A stretch of DNA of 64,000 nt from Candidatus Latescibacterota bacterium (lineage in GTDB: Bacteria; Latescibacterota; UBA2968; GCA-2709665). A program made the position numbers and the translations under genes. Location: positions 3,488,001-3,552,000 of the forward strand of contig CBDCOX010000002.1 of assembly GCA_965219995.1 (NCBI GenBank), written 5' to 3'. Positions 9,973 to 19,887 of the stretch are shown one piece after another; position 1 is the stretch's first letter; each line of letters starts with the position of its first letter. The notes beneath the pieces were generated by a model that saw only the letters and a list, made by a program, of their open reading frames with translations, was not told the DNA's origin and did not search any database.

Positions 9973-11094
9973 TTAACCCCCTATCGCGGAATAATACAGC
10001 TTCTCCGAAAGGCCGGCCCACGGGTCGATGTCCTTCCGAAACGCGTCGAAGGAAGCGTAAACCTTTTTGCTCATCGGATCGGCTTCGGCCACCTCTTCCT
10101 CAACTTCCTGTGAGAACCGGCGCAACGTTTTGAGGACCTCGTCCGAAAACCTGCGCAACTCGACATCGTGCTCTTTCGTGAGCTTCTGCAGATAAATGCT
10201 GTTCTTGGCCTCGAATTCGGAAAGCATCCAGACGTTGGACCGGGCGGCGGCCGCACGCACAATTTGCCGAAGATCGGTTGGCAACTGCTCGAACGCGAGC
10301 TTGTTGACGATCAGTTCCAGCGAGGTCCCCGGCTCGTGCCATCCCGGATAATAGTAATATCGCGCAGCTCTGAAGAATCCCATCAGGAAGTCATGGTACG
10401 GTCCGATCCATTCGGTAGCATCGATCACGCCGCGTTCGAGGTTGGTGTAGATTTCACCACCGGCTGAAAGCACGGCCGAACCGCCGGCCCTGGCGATCAC
10501 CTTGCCGCCCAGGCCCGGAATTCGCATTTTCAGGCCGTGAAAATCGGAAATACTGTTCATTTCACGGTTGAACCAACCGCCCATCTGGACTCCGGTATTG
10601 CCGACGGGCATCGCAATCAGGTTGAACGGGGCATACAGTTCCTGCCAGAGCTCCAGCCCGCCGCCGCTGTAGATCCAGGCATTGAGCTGTTGTCCGTTCA
10701 TGCCGAACGGAACCGCCGCGAAAAACTGCGTTGCCGGCGCTTTGCCGGCCCAATAATAGGCGGCGCCGTGGCACATCTCAACGGTACCCTGGCTGACGGC
10801 GTCGAAGCCTTCCAGCGGCGGAATCAGCTCGCCGCCGCCGTAGACGGTAATTTTCAGATGGCCGCCGGACATCTCGTCGATCCACCCGGCCAGCAGGTCC
10901 GCGCCTTCGCCAAGAATGGGAAAGTGCGGCGGCCACGTGGTTACCATCTTCCATTCGAACTTCCTCCGGGCGTGTACGGCGGGCGCGTCCGACTGTTCTT
11001 TCGCGGCCGGGCTGCAGCCCGCTATCGCCGCAACGCCGCCGGCAACCCCAACGGAGGCTTTTTTGAGAAAATCGCGTCGTTCGAACGTCTCCAT
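9973..11094 (-). CDS. TRAP substrate-binding protein (DctP/TakP-like), Tat-exported
   Basis: RRDFLK Tat motif, GNTGVQMGGWF, KMRIPGLG, YYPGWHEPG. Confidence 0.9.
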   Translation of the reverse strand: METFERRDFLKKASVGVAGGVAAIAGCSPAAKEQSDAPAVHARRKFEWKMVTTWPPHFPILGEGADLLAGWIDEMSGGHLKITVYGGGELIPPLEGFDAVSQGTVEMCHGAAYYWAGKAPATQFFAAVPFGMNGQQLNAWIYSGGGLELWQELYAPFNLIAMPVGNTGVQMGGWFNREMNSISDFHGLKMRIPGLGGKVIARAGGSAVLSAGGEIYTNLERGVIDATEWIGPYHDFLMGFFRAARYYYYPGWHEPGTSLELIVNKLAFEQLPTDLRQIVRAAAARSNVWMLSEFEAKNSIYLQKLTKEHDVELRRFSDEVLKTLRRFSQEVEEEVAEADPMSKKVYASFDAFRKDIDPWAGLSEKLYYSAIGG

Positions 11095-11234
11095 CTAACT
11101 CCTCCACGGCAGATCGAGTCGTAAAGCAAATGGTGGTCAACCAACGGAACAAGGTAGGCCGCGCACACAGCGATGGCAAGAAAAATGAGAACCCCCGTAC
11201 TCCTCCCCTGGAGGCCGGGGGTGGGGAGAAAGCA

Positions 11235-13970
11235 ATGAGCGAAACAGAGAAAAAGCTCTACCTGCTGGACGGAATGGCGCTGGTTTACCGCGCCCATTTC
11301 TCCATGATCCGCAACCCGCGAATGTCCTCCACCGGCCTGAATACGTCGACGGTATTCGTGCTCACGAACACCCTGCTGGATATTCTTAACAACGCGGATC
11401 CCAGTCATATCGGCGTTGTATTCGACACGCCCGAACCGACCCACCGGCACAGGATGTTCCCGGAATACAAGGCCCAGCGCGAGGCCATGCCCGAGGATCT
11501 CAGCGCCGCCCTACCCTATGTCTTTCGCCTGTGCGAAGCGTTCAACCTGCCCGTTGTCAGGGTACCCGGTTGGGAAGCGGACGACGTGATCGGAACGCTG
11601 GCCAAACGGGCGGAAACGGCGGGCTTTACAACCTATATGGTCACACCCGACAAGGACTACGGCCAACTGGTCTCGGACCGCACCTTCGTCTGCAAACCGG
11701 GCCGCACCGGCGACGTCGAAATTCAGGGAGTTAACGAGATTCTGGAGAAGTGGCAGATCGAACGCGTGGAACAGGTCATCGATATTCTGGGCCTGATGGG
11801 CGACAGTTCGGACAACGTGCCCGGGGTGCCGGGCGTGGGTGAAAAAACCGCCCAAAAACTGATCGGAAAGTATGGCAGCATCGAAAATCTGTTGGACAAC
11901 GTAGACGAACTTAAAGGAAAACAGAAGGAACGAGTCGAAGAAAACCGCGAGCAGGCCCTGCTTTCCAAGGAACTGGTCACAATAGATCGCGACGTCGTGC
12001 TGGACGTCAAACCCGACGACCTGGAACGCGCTGATTGGGACGAGCAGAAACTGCAGGCACTGTTTGTCGAACTCGAATTCAATACCCTGGGCCAGCGCCT
12101 TTTTGGCGAGACGTTCAAGGCCGGTCCCACCGCCGCCGCCGGCGAAATCGGAGGCGAAGTCCGAACCCTCAAAGACGTCGAACACGACTATAAACTGGTG
12201 GACACCGCTGAATCACGCGGCGAACTGATCGACGCGCTGAGTCAACGGAAAGCCTTCTGCTTCGACATCGAAACCACGGGCCTGAACCCCAGGAAGTGCG
12301 AGCTGATCGGCCTCGCCTTTTCCTGCGAAGCGCACACGGGATTCTACGTGCCATTGCCCGATGTGCCCGAAGAAGCGCTCGAAATCCTGGAAACCTTTCG
12401 TCCCGTTCTGGAAAATCCGGAAATCGAGAAAATCGGCCACCACCTGAAGTTCGATTTGAGCGTCCTGCGCTGGAAGGGCTTTCGCGTGAAGGGTCCGTTG
12501 TTCGACACGATGCTCGCCGCCTACCTGGCCACGCCCGATCTGCGCCGCACCATGGACTATCTGTCGGAAGCGCTGCTTGGATACCACCCCATCCCTATTT
12601 CCGATCTCATCGGCGAGAAAGGCGAGGACCAGTTGAGCCTGACGGACGTGCCGCTGGACCAGGTAACCACGTATGCGGCTGAGGACGCGGACATTACCCT
12701 TCAGCTGAGCGAAGTCCTGAGGTCCAGGCTCGAAGAAATGGGGCAGGTGCGCGTGTTCCGGGATGTGGAGTGTCCGCTCATCCCCGCCCTGGTCGAAATG
12801 GAATACGAGGGCATCCGGTGTGAAGCCGAGGCGCTTCGAGATTTGTCCGAAGGGCTCTCGGGAGAGATCGACCGGGCCAGGGAGCAGATCTTCCAGCTTG
12901 CCGGAGAACAATTCGATCTCAACTCGCCGAGGCAACTGGGCGACGTCCTCTTCGACAAACTGAAACTCGACCCGAATGCACGCCGGACGGCCAGGACCAA
13001 ACAGTACCAGACCACGGAGCAGGTGCTGCGGCGTCTGGCGTACAAGCACGAAATCGTGGAACAGGTGATGTTCTACAGGATGTGCACCAAATTGAAATCC
13101 ACCTACGTCGACCAGTTGCCCGGGTCGATCTTCAAACGAACGGGCCGCATCCATACGAATTACGAAGCGGCGGTTACGGCGACCGGCCGCCTGCAGTCTC
13201 ACGGTCCGAACATGCAGAATATTCCCATCCGCACCGAAATGGGCCGGGAGATCCGAAAGGCCTTCGTGCCGCGCGACGAAAACCACGTGCTGCTTGCCGC
13301 CGACTACTCCCAGATCGAACTCCGCGTGGCCGCCGAACTCAGCGGGGACGAAGCGCTCACGGAGGTTTTCAGACAGGGCGGCGACATCCACACCGCGACC
13401 GCAGAAAAAATCTACGGCATCGACGGGGCGACCGAAGATATGCGGCGACACGCGAAGACCGTCAACTTCGGCATCATCTACGGCATCTCGGCGTTCGGCC
13501 TGGCCGACCGCCTGGACATTTCCCGAAAGCAGGCGGCGGACCTGATCGCCAATTACTTCGATCAGTTTCCCGGCATCCGGACCTACATGGACGAAACCAT
13601 CGAGTTCGCCCGGGAGAATGGATACGTCGAAACGGTCACCGGCCGCCGCCGCTATCTGCGGGATATCAACTCAAGAAACGCCACCACCCGGAAGGGGGAA
13701 GAGCGAAACGCCATTAACTCGCGCATCCAGGGCACGGCCGCGGACATGATCAAGCTGGCGATGAGCCATATCCATCGCGTGATTCTTGAACGTGACCTCA
13801 GATCCCGGATGCTGCTCCAGGTCCACGACGAACTGGTCTTCGATATGCACCTGGAGGAGGCGGACGTCCTCCCGCCCATTGTCGAAGACGGGATGAAGTC
13901 GGCCATTCCCATGAAGGTACCGATCGTCGTGGAAATGGGCACGGGATCCAACTGGCTGGACGCGCATTGA
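11235..13970 (+). CDS. polA: DNA polymerase I
   Basis: 5'-3' exonuclease (LLDGMALVYRAHF, EADDVIGT), 3'-5' exonuclease FDIETTG, polymerase motifs ADYSQIELR, KTVNFGIIYG, QVHDEL. Confidence 0.97.
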   Translation: MSETEKKLYLLDGMALVYRAHFSMIRNPRMSSTGLNTSTVFVLTNTLLDILNNADPSHIGVVFDTPEPTHRHRMFPEYKAQREAMPEDLSAALPYVFRLCEAFNLPVVRVPGWEADDVIGTLAKRAETAGFTTYMVTPDKDYGQLVSDRTFVCKPGRTGDVEIQGVNEILEKWQIERVEQVIDILGLMGDSSDNVPGVPGVGEKTAQKLIGKYGSIENLLDNVDELKGKQKERVEENREQALLSKELVTIDRDVVLDVKPDDLERADWDEQKLQALFVELEFNTLGQRLFGETFKAGPTAAAGEIGGEVRTLKDVEHDYKLVDTAESRGELIDALSQRKAFCFDIETTGLNPRKCELIGLAFSCEAHTGFYVPLPDVPEEALEILETFRPVLENPEIEKIGHHLKFDLSVLRWKGFRVKGPLFDTMLAAYLATPDLRRTMDYLSEALLGYHPIPISDLIGEKGEDQLSLTDVPLDQVTTYAAEDADITLQLSEVLRSRLEEMGQVRVFRDVECPLIPALVEMEYEGIRCEAEALRDLSEGLSGEIDRAREQIFQLAGEQFDLNSPRQLGDVLFDKLKLDPNARRTARTKQYQTTEQVLRRLAYKHEIVEQVMFYRMCTKLKSTYVDQLPGSIFKRTGRIHTNYEAAVTATGRLQSHGPNMQNIPIRTEMGREIRKAFVPRDENHVLLAADYSQIELRVAAELSGDEALTEVFRQGGDIHTATAEKIYGIDGATEDMRRHAKTVNFGIIYGISAFGLADRLDISRKQAADLIANYFDQFPGIRTYMDETIEFARENGYVETVTGRRRYLRDINSRNATTRKGEERNAINSRIQGTAADMIKLAMSHIHRVILERDLRSRMLLQVHDELVFDMHLEEADVLPPIVEDGMKSAIPMKVPIVVEMGTGSNWLDAH

Positions 13971-14071
13971 TCTTCATTAACGTACGTTCGATTGGCGATG
14001 CTGCGTTCATAGGGCTTCGGCGCCGGGGACGGTATTTTCATCCGGTTCTCAGTTGAAAACCCCAGGGTTAG

Positions 14072-15624
14072 CCTCAATGTGAAGTAAATCAGGCGGCATT
14101 CTGTAGTGCGTTGCAGATTTTGCGGTATTGTTTTTCGGTGTGCTTGTTTCGTTGGAGACGCAGGGTAAGCCGCCCTTCGGGTCGGATAAGGTGTCCGGCG
14201 CGGTTGATGATCTCGAACCGGAGGGTGCGTATGGATTTGAGGGGCCATCGGTTGGTATTTTTCAAGGTGCGATTGCGTTTTGTCAGTCCGGTTTCGATCT
14301 GGAAGTTGACCAGGAGGTTGTGCGCGAGAATGACGAACTGTTGCCAGGCACTATTGGCGTGGTAATTGTGTGTGGGGATGGTATCGAAGCTGAGACCGGT
14401 CTTGAGTTCGCCGATGGCTTTCTCGTGGATGCCACGTCCTGCCATGAAGCGCCAGAGCGCGCGCAACTTGAAGGGAAGATTGGTGGCCACCGCAGCGTAT
14501 TCGAAGGTGCCGTCATCGGGATCGAACAGGTCCAACTGGTAGTTCTTGCGGGTTTTATGGAAGACACGTTTTCGAAAGATGGCAATGTTGAGGGTGCGTT
14601 CCCATTTTTTGACCGTCAGCGTTGACGTAAAGCCGTCGACGCCTTTCTCGACGCGCTGCCAGTTGCTGCATTGACGGATTTTGTGCTGTAAGTCCAGGCC
14701 TTTCCAAAAGGGCACCTTGATGGCATACGAAGCCTTGTTCTTGTCGAGCCTGTTGATCACATCTTTCTTGAAAAAGTCGCCATCCATGCGGAATCGCAGG
14801 GAGTAGGCGTGTCCCAAGCTTTCTTTGATCTGAGAAAACAAATCCTTTAAAAACCCTATGGAGGCGCTGCCATCGTTGATGTTGCCGGGCCGGTTGTGCA
14901 CGCGGAGAAAATGACCACTGTCGGCCAGGTAGGCGGTGATCGGATAGTAACTGGGGACTTTGCGATGATGCGGATTATACCCACGGCGGGCGCCGCCGAC
15001 GCGTTTTCCGGTGCACAAGACGGTGCCATCCACGTCGATCGTCAGTTTCCGGGCGCGCAACAACTTGATCTTTTGAGCAACAACGTCGGCGTTGAGGGCT
15101 TTCAGGGCCTTCAAACCCTTGTCGGTAAACCGTCTCAGAAACGAGCTCATGCTGCGGGGCGTCGGTAGATCCGTCAGACCGCAGAACCGCTGCAGCAGGG
15201 GATCTCCTTTCAAGAAATCCAGATGCCGCAACCGACGGCCGCCTACCCACAGCAAACCCAACAGAACACGGGAAAGGCTCACCACACCGAAATCGCCGCC
15301 AAAGCACGCACTGCCCAGGTGACGGCGCAATTGCCTGTTCCAATCCACGTTCCGCAAATAGCGCATCAACAGCTCCAAACCCGCATACGAGGTGAGGCCT
15401 TCACCCGTGAATTCCATCTTCAAATTGTCGTTGACACGCGCGTGCAAATCGGCTTTCTTTCGTCTCACTGTACGTGGCCTTTCGTTTTGGGTGAATTGGG
15501 GGTTTCGTCGCTTCCCAATATACCAAAATGGAAGGCCTTTTCCTATTGAAAAATATAGACTTATCTGTATTTTCGCCTAGTCTTCAATGTCCCGAATTTC
15601 ATCAACATTATTTTCGCATTGAGG
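14072..15624 (-). mobile_element. IS1380-family insertion sequence, 1,553 bp
   Basis: Imperfect terminal IRs CCTCAATGTGAAG / CCTCAATGCGAAA (reverse complement); TTAG direct repeat at 14068-14071 and 15625-15628. Confidence 0.85.
14089..15468 (-). CDS. IS1380-family DDE transposase
   Basis: LTSYAGL, TIDVDGT, GYNPHH, RMDGDF, RGIHEKAIGELK motifs. Confidence 0.9.
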   Translation of the reverse strand: MRRKKADLHARVNDNLKMEFTGEGLTSYAGLELLMRYLRNVDWNRQLRRHLGSACFGGDFGVVSLSRVLLGLLWVGGRRLRHLDFLKGDPLLQRFCGLTDLPTPRSMSSFLRRFTDKGLKALKALNADVVAQKIKLLRARKLTIDVDGTVLCTGKRVGGARRGYNPHHRKVPSYYPITAYLADSGHFLRVHNRPGNINDGSASIGFLKDLFSQIKESLGHAYSLRFRMDGDFFKKDVINRLDKNKASYAIKVPFWKGLDLQHKIRQCSNWQRVEKGVDGFTSTLTVKKWERTLNIAIFRKRVFHKTRKNYQLDLFDPDDGTFEYAAVATNLPFKLRALWRFMAGRGIHEKAIGELKTGLSFDTIPTHNYHANSAWQQFVILAHNLLVNFQIETGLTKRNRTLKNTNRWPLKSIRTLRFEIINRAGHLIRPEGRLTLRLQRNKHTEKQYRKICNALQNAA

Positions 15625-15670
15625 TTAGTCGGTCCGATTTAAAAAAACATCACATGTTCGGCGCACTTGC

Positions 15671-15703
15671 AGAGACGATCCACGGGTCGTCTCTCTTTTT
15701 TTT
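15671..15703 (+). terminator. Intrinsic terminator, probably the original polA terminator displaced by the IS
   Basis: AGAGACGATC-CAC-GGGTCGTCTCT hairpin followed by a T run. Confidence 0.65.
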
Positions 15704-15711
15704 GGCGCAAC

Positions 15712-15754
15712 ATACAACAAATCTGTTGACAACGAATTTGTTGTATAATATATT
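15712..15754 (+). promoter_or_regulatory. Sigma70-type promoter overlapped by a 35-bp palindromic operator
   Basis: TTGACA(15726)-17-TATATT(15749); ATACAACAAATCTGTTG-A-CAACGAATTTGTTGTAT with 15/17 arm match. Confidence 0.7.
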
Positions 15755-15785
15755 TCCATCGGGTTCGAAAATCAAGGAGCCAAAT

Positions 15786-17027
15786 ATGAACTTATCTACG
15801 GGCCGCTGGGTTCGCGGCGATGATTTTTTCAATCGTGAACGTGAATTGCATATTCTGGAAACACTGGTGCGTGATCGAAACCACGTGTTGTTGACCGGAC
15901 AGCGGAGGATGGGTAAGACCAGCATTGTCCAGGAACTCGGTCGTCGACTCGAAAACGACGGATGGATCTTTCTCTTTGCGGATGTTGAAGGAGCGGCCAC
16001 TGCGGAGGACGCGATAGCCGAGGTGGCTCGTGAAGTACATCCCGTTCGCTCCATTTCATCCCGTCTGGCTCTCGGAATGAAGCGTTTCTTCGGCGAAGGC
16101 ATAGAGGAAATCAGCGCCTTCGAATTTGGCGTGAAGATACGTGCAGGGCTGAATGAGGGGAATTGGAGACGTCACGGTGAACAGATGTTCCGCGCTTGTG
16201 CCGAACAGGGCAAACCTGTGCTTCTGGTTATCGACGAATTGCCCATCTTTCTCAAGCGTATGCTACGGCAGGACGACGGGCCGCGGCGTGTAGACGAATT
16301 CCTGAGTTGGTTGCGAGGCGTTTTGCAGATTCTTGGCGATGAAGCTCCGGTCCTCGTAGTTTCCGGCAGTATCGGTCTTGAGCCCCTGGTGCGACGACTC
16401 GGGATACCCGACAGGATCAACCATTTATATCCGTTTCGTCTCGGACCTTGGGACCGTGAAACAAGCATGAATTGCTTTAACCGTCTTGCGAGCCGTTACG
16501 CATTGTCCGTCGCTGGCGGCGTGGCTGGTGCGGTATACGACACACTTGGAATCGGTATCCCTCATCATGTTCAGTCTTTTTTCGCCAGGCTGCGAGACCA
16601 CGCAATCCTGCACGGGCGGGATCGGCTGACGTTGGAAGACGTTGAATTTGTCCATCGCAATTCGTTACTGGGTCCCTCAGGACAAATCGACCTCGTACAC
16701 TATGAGACGCGCCTAAAGGAGGCTCTGGAAGATGAGAGTTACTCTATTGCTATGGAAGTCCTCGCCGAAGCGGCAGTTGAGGAAGTGTTCACGCCAGACG
16801 CTAAGAAATGTCTCGTACGGATGTATTCCAGGCTGGTAAATGACGCAGCCACACGCTTTGCAGACGTCCTCGAAGTCCTTGAACACGACGGGTATCTCGA
16901 ATCTAACGACGATGGTCATCGCTTTGCTTCACGTTTGCTGAAAGATTGGTGGACGGCCCGCTTTCGAGATCACCATGTCCCTATACGATGCCGCGAATCC
17001 AACGAAGATTCAAGGGAGGGAATGTAA
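15786..17027 (+). CDS. STAND-like / archaeal-type AAA ATPase
   Basis: FFNRERE, Walker A GQRRMGKTS, Walker B LLVIDE, GIP motif, C-terminal winged-helix-like tail; AAGGAG RBS. Confidence 0.85.
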   Translation: MNLSTGRWVRGDDFFNRERELHILETLVRDRNHVLLTGQRRMGKTSIVQELGRRLENDGWIFLFADVEGAATAEDAIAEVAREVHPVRSISSRLALGMKRFFGEGIEEISAFEFGVKIRAGLNEGNWRRHGEQMFRACAEQGKPVLLVIDELPIFLKRMLRQDDGPRRVDEFLSWLRGVLQILGDEAPVLVVSGSIGLEPLVRRLGIPDRINHLYPFRLGPWDRETSMNCFNRLASRYALSVAGGVAGAVYDTLGIGIPHHVQSFFARLRDHAILHGRDRLTLEDVEFVHRNSLLGPSGQIDLVHYETRLKEALEDESYSIAMEVLAEAAVEEVFTPDAKKCLVRMYSRLVNDAATRFADVLEVLEHDGYLESNDDGHRFASRLLKDWWTARFRDHHVPIRCRESNEDSREGM

Positions 17028-19678
17028 TGACGGGGACCAAACTATCGACACCCAGCCGAAATCCCCGGATACGTAAATTCAACCCAGGCACCCATCAATC
17101 CGACGGCGAGATAATCGAACAGTTCGTCGTCCGCGGGCGAGAACTTAATTCTGTACTTGAGGTCCTCCGTGGAAACGTAGATTCGCCGTCGTGTCAACAC
17201 GTCCTGGTGGTGGGCCCTAGAGGCCGCGGAAAAACCATGCTTCTGGTTCGCACCGCCGCGGAGCTGCGTACCGAAAAGAGACTCTCCGAGCGCCTACTTC
17301 CCGTTCGATTTATGGAAGAGAGCCAGGAGATCTTTAATCTGGCGGATTTCTGGTTGGAGACTCTTTATCATCTCAGTAATGAGATGTACGCACACAAGCC
17401 CGGCTTCGGAGAAAACTTGCGGAAGACATATGATGACCTATCAGAGAGTTGGCAAGATCGGTCGCTAGAGGCAAACGCTCGCGCCGCTGTACTGGAGGCG
17501 GCGGATATGTTGGACAAAAAGCTCGTGCTCATGGTTGAGAACCTGCAATTGCTGTGCGAGGATGTAGATAGGGATTTCGGCTGGAAACTCAGAGGGGCGT
17601 TGCAGTCGGAACCCCAGATTATGCTGCTTGCCACCGCAACTAGTCGGTTCCGGGCTCTGGACGACGTGCAGCAACCGTTTTTCGAACTGTTCCGAAACAT
17701 AAATCTGGAACCGCTGAATACCGACGAGTGTCGCCGCCTGTGGCAGGTCGCCAGCGGCGACACGGTGAGTTCACGCGAGATCAGGCCCCTACAGATCCTG
17801 ACAGGCGGCAACCCCCGCCTTCTGGTCATCGTCGCCGAATTCGCAAGGCACAGATCCCTGCGCAAACTGATGGAAGAACTGGTAACGCTGATCGACGAGC
17901 ACACCGAGTATTTCCGCGGACACTTGGAGGATTTCGCGAAGACCGAACGGCGTGTTTATATCTCGGTGATAGACCTCTGGCAGCCATCGAGCCCTGGGGA
18001 AATTGCGGCGCGTGCCCGCATGGGCGTCCGTACTGTATCGACAATGCTAGGGAGGTTGGTAGATCGCGGGGCAGTAATCGTAGAGGGTAGTGGCAGGAAG
18101 CGACAGTACGCTGCCGCCGAACGTCTATACAGCATCTATTACAAGCTGCGCCGTGAGCGGGACGAGGCGGCCATTGTGGAGAATCTGATCACATTTATGG
18201 TGGTTTTCTACAGCGGAAGCGAGCTTGTCGATATGTCGGAAGACTTAGTCATGGCGGCGGCGGAGTCCATTGTAATTCGCGCCGGTATTTTTCGCGCACT
18301 TAACGATCGATTACTCTTAGAAGACCCAATTCCCCCTGCGAAGTGGCGCATTTTGCAGCAGGTGTCGGAGAGAGCTGTCGCGAGGGCCCAATCCACTGCA
18401 GAAAATGAGTTCTTAGAGAAAATCAACGCCGCGCGTCACGCTAGGGAGTTCAGAAACGTAATAGAGATAGTCGACGGGATCATTGATTGCCGTAGAACAG
18501 ATCGGACAAGATTGTCGGATTCGTTCGTCGCCTACATTTTGCATTGCAAGGCTAATGCACAAGAACAACTAGGAGATTTCCAGTCGGTGGTCGCAACGTG
18601 CGAAGAGGTCCTGACGAGATTTGAGGGCAGCGCCGTGCCAGGTCTGCAGTGGCGAGTAGCCGAGGCATTGATGGACATCGGGAGAATGAGACAAGAACTA
18701 GGCGACTCGGACGCAGCCTTTGCCACGTGGCAGGAGGTCGTGGAAAGGTACGGAAACAGTGAGGTGTCAGAGCTCCAGTGGTGGGTTGCGGTGGCGTTGA
18801 TCTGGAAAGGCAAGACGAATCGAAAATTAGGTGACATAGATGGAGCAAACGTAGCGTGGGAAGAGGTAATTCAGCGATATGGAGACACGGATGTATCATC
18901 AATCCAGTCGTGGGTCGCGTTGGCGTTGACCGATAAGGGAAGAGCGAAAAAGGAACTTGGCGATACCGACGAAGCAAATGCAGCTTGGGACGAAGTAGTG
19001 TTGCGTTACGGCGACAGCGACGTATCAGCACTTCAACAACGGGTCTCGCTTGCATTGATCGAAAAAGGGAGAGCAAGGAAGGAGCTGGGTGATCTCGAGG
19101 GAGCCATTGCGGTCTGGGAGGAGGTCGTCGAGCGGTATGGTGAGCGGGACGTACCAGATGTTCAGCGCTGGGTCATCGTTGCGTTGGTAAATAAAGGGAT
19201 GAGGCAAGCGGAAATGAGTAGAGGGATCGAAGCTCTGCGCGTGTGCGACGAACTAGACAGAAGAATCAGAGCTTTACCCGAGAAAAGGGATACTCGGCCT
19301 GAATGGCAGTTGCAAAGTGTGCGGGCACTTGCTCAGATGGTTCAGCAGAAGAAACGAGCCGCTATGGAGGCATTTCACTCCGCATATGCCGCATTCACGC
19401 ACGACAACGAAATCTCAATACAAGAGATGCTGCAGGTAGTTTCCAACCTGGTCGCAGCGGGCGCTTCAGAAGTTGAGCTTGTCGCAATACTCTCGACCGA
19501 TCCCATAAAATCGGCCGCACTTACTCCACTCATCGTTGCCCTTCGCGAACGGCAGGGCGAGACGGTTCGCGCACCTGCGGAAGTACGCGAAGTGGCCGCC
19601 GACGTGAGAGAGCGAATCGAGGAACGCGTGAAAAGTTGGGCGGAAGCAACGTCGGTTTCAACTGAAGGTGGCCGATGA
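17027..19678 (+). CDS. STAND-like ATPase with winged-helix HTH and TPR-like repeats
   Basis: Walker A GPRGRGKT, variant Walker B LMVENL, TGGNPRLL, HTH SPGEIAARARMGVRTVSTMLGRL, 43-aa helical repeats; TAATG overlap with the upstream gene. Confidence 0.82.
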   Translation: MTGTKLSTPSRNPRIRKFNPGTHQSDGEIIEQFVVRGRELNSVLEVLRGNVDSPSCQHVLVVGPRGRGKTMLLVRTAAELRTEKRLSERLLPVRFMEESQEIFNLADFWLETLYHLSNEMYAHKPGFGENLRKTYDDLSESWQDRSLEANARAAVLEAADMLDKKLVLMVENLQLLCEDVDRDFGWKLRGALQSEPQIMLLATATSRFRALDDVQQPFFELFRNINLEPLNTDECRRLWQVASGDTVSSREIRPLQILTGGNPRLLVIVAEFARHRSLRKLMEELVTLIDEHTEYFRGHLEDFAKTERRVYISVIDLWQPSSPGEIAARARMGVRTVSTMLGRLVDRGAVIVEGSGRKRQYAAAERLYSIYYKLRRERDEAAIVENLITFMVVFYSGSELVDMSEDLVMAAAESIVIRAGIFRALNDRLLLEDPIPPAKWRILQQVSERAVARAQSTAENEFLEKINAARHAREFRNVIEIVDGIIDCRRTDRTRLSDSFVAYILHCKANAQEQLGDFQSVVATCEEVLTRFEGSAVPGLQWRVAEALMDIGRMRQELGDSDAAFATWQEVVERYGNSEVSELQWWVAVALIWKGKTNRKLGDIDGANVAWEEVIQRYGDTDVSSIQSWVALALTDKGRAKKELGDTDEANAAWDEVVLRYGDSDVSALQQRVSLALIEKGRARKELGDLEGAIAVWEEVVERYGERDVPDVQRWVIVALVNKGMRQAEMSRGIEALRVCDELDRRIRALPEKRDTRPEWQLQSVRALAQMVQQKKRAAMEAFHSAYAAFTHDNEISIQEMLQVVSNLVAAGASEVELVAILSTDPIKSAALTPLIVALRERQGETVRAPAEVREVAADVRERIEERVKSWAEATSVSTEGGR
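18530..19260 (+). repeat. Coding tandem repeats of about 129 bp (43 aa), roughly six units
   Basis: Recurring KGRAxKELGDxxxAxAxWxEVVxRYGDSDVxxLQxxVAxAL; boundaries approximate. Confidence 0.75.
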
Positions 19679-19887
19679 GTCACGCAAGCGGAGGGACCAC
19701 TCGGAAACGATTGGGCGGAATCGCGAAGGGTGATTTCGCCCTATCGGTGCCCAATCGGGTTGACAGCAACCGATTTTGGATTAGATTTTTTCTGTGAGAA
19801 ACGCGCGGAGATGAAAGGGCCTTGCCGACGCCGTCCACGCGATTTGCTTCGATTACGGCGTATTTCAACCTGAAATCCGGGGAATTT

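Noticed and set aside
15528-15785. N-terminal extension of ATPase 1 in the ORF track
   Set aside because: It starts inside the IS and crosses a terminator and promoter; the RBS supports ATG 15786.
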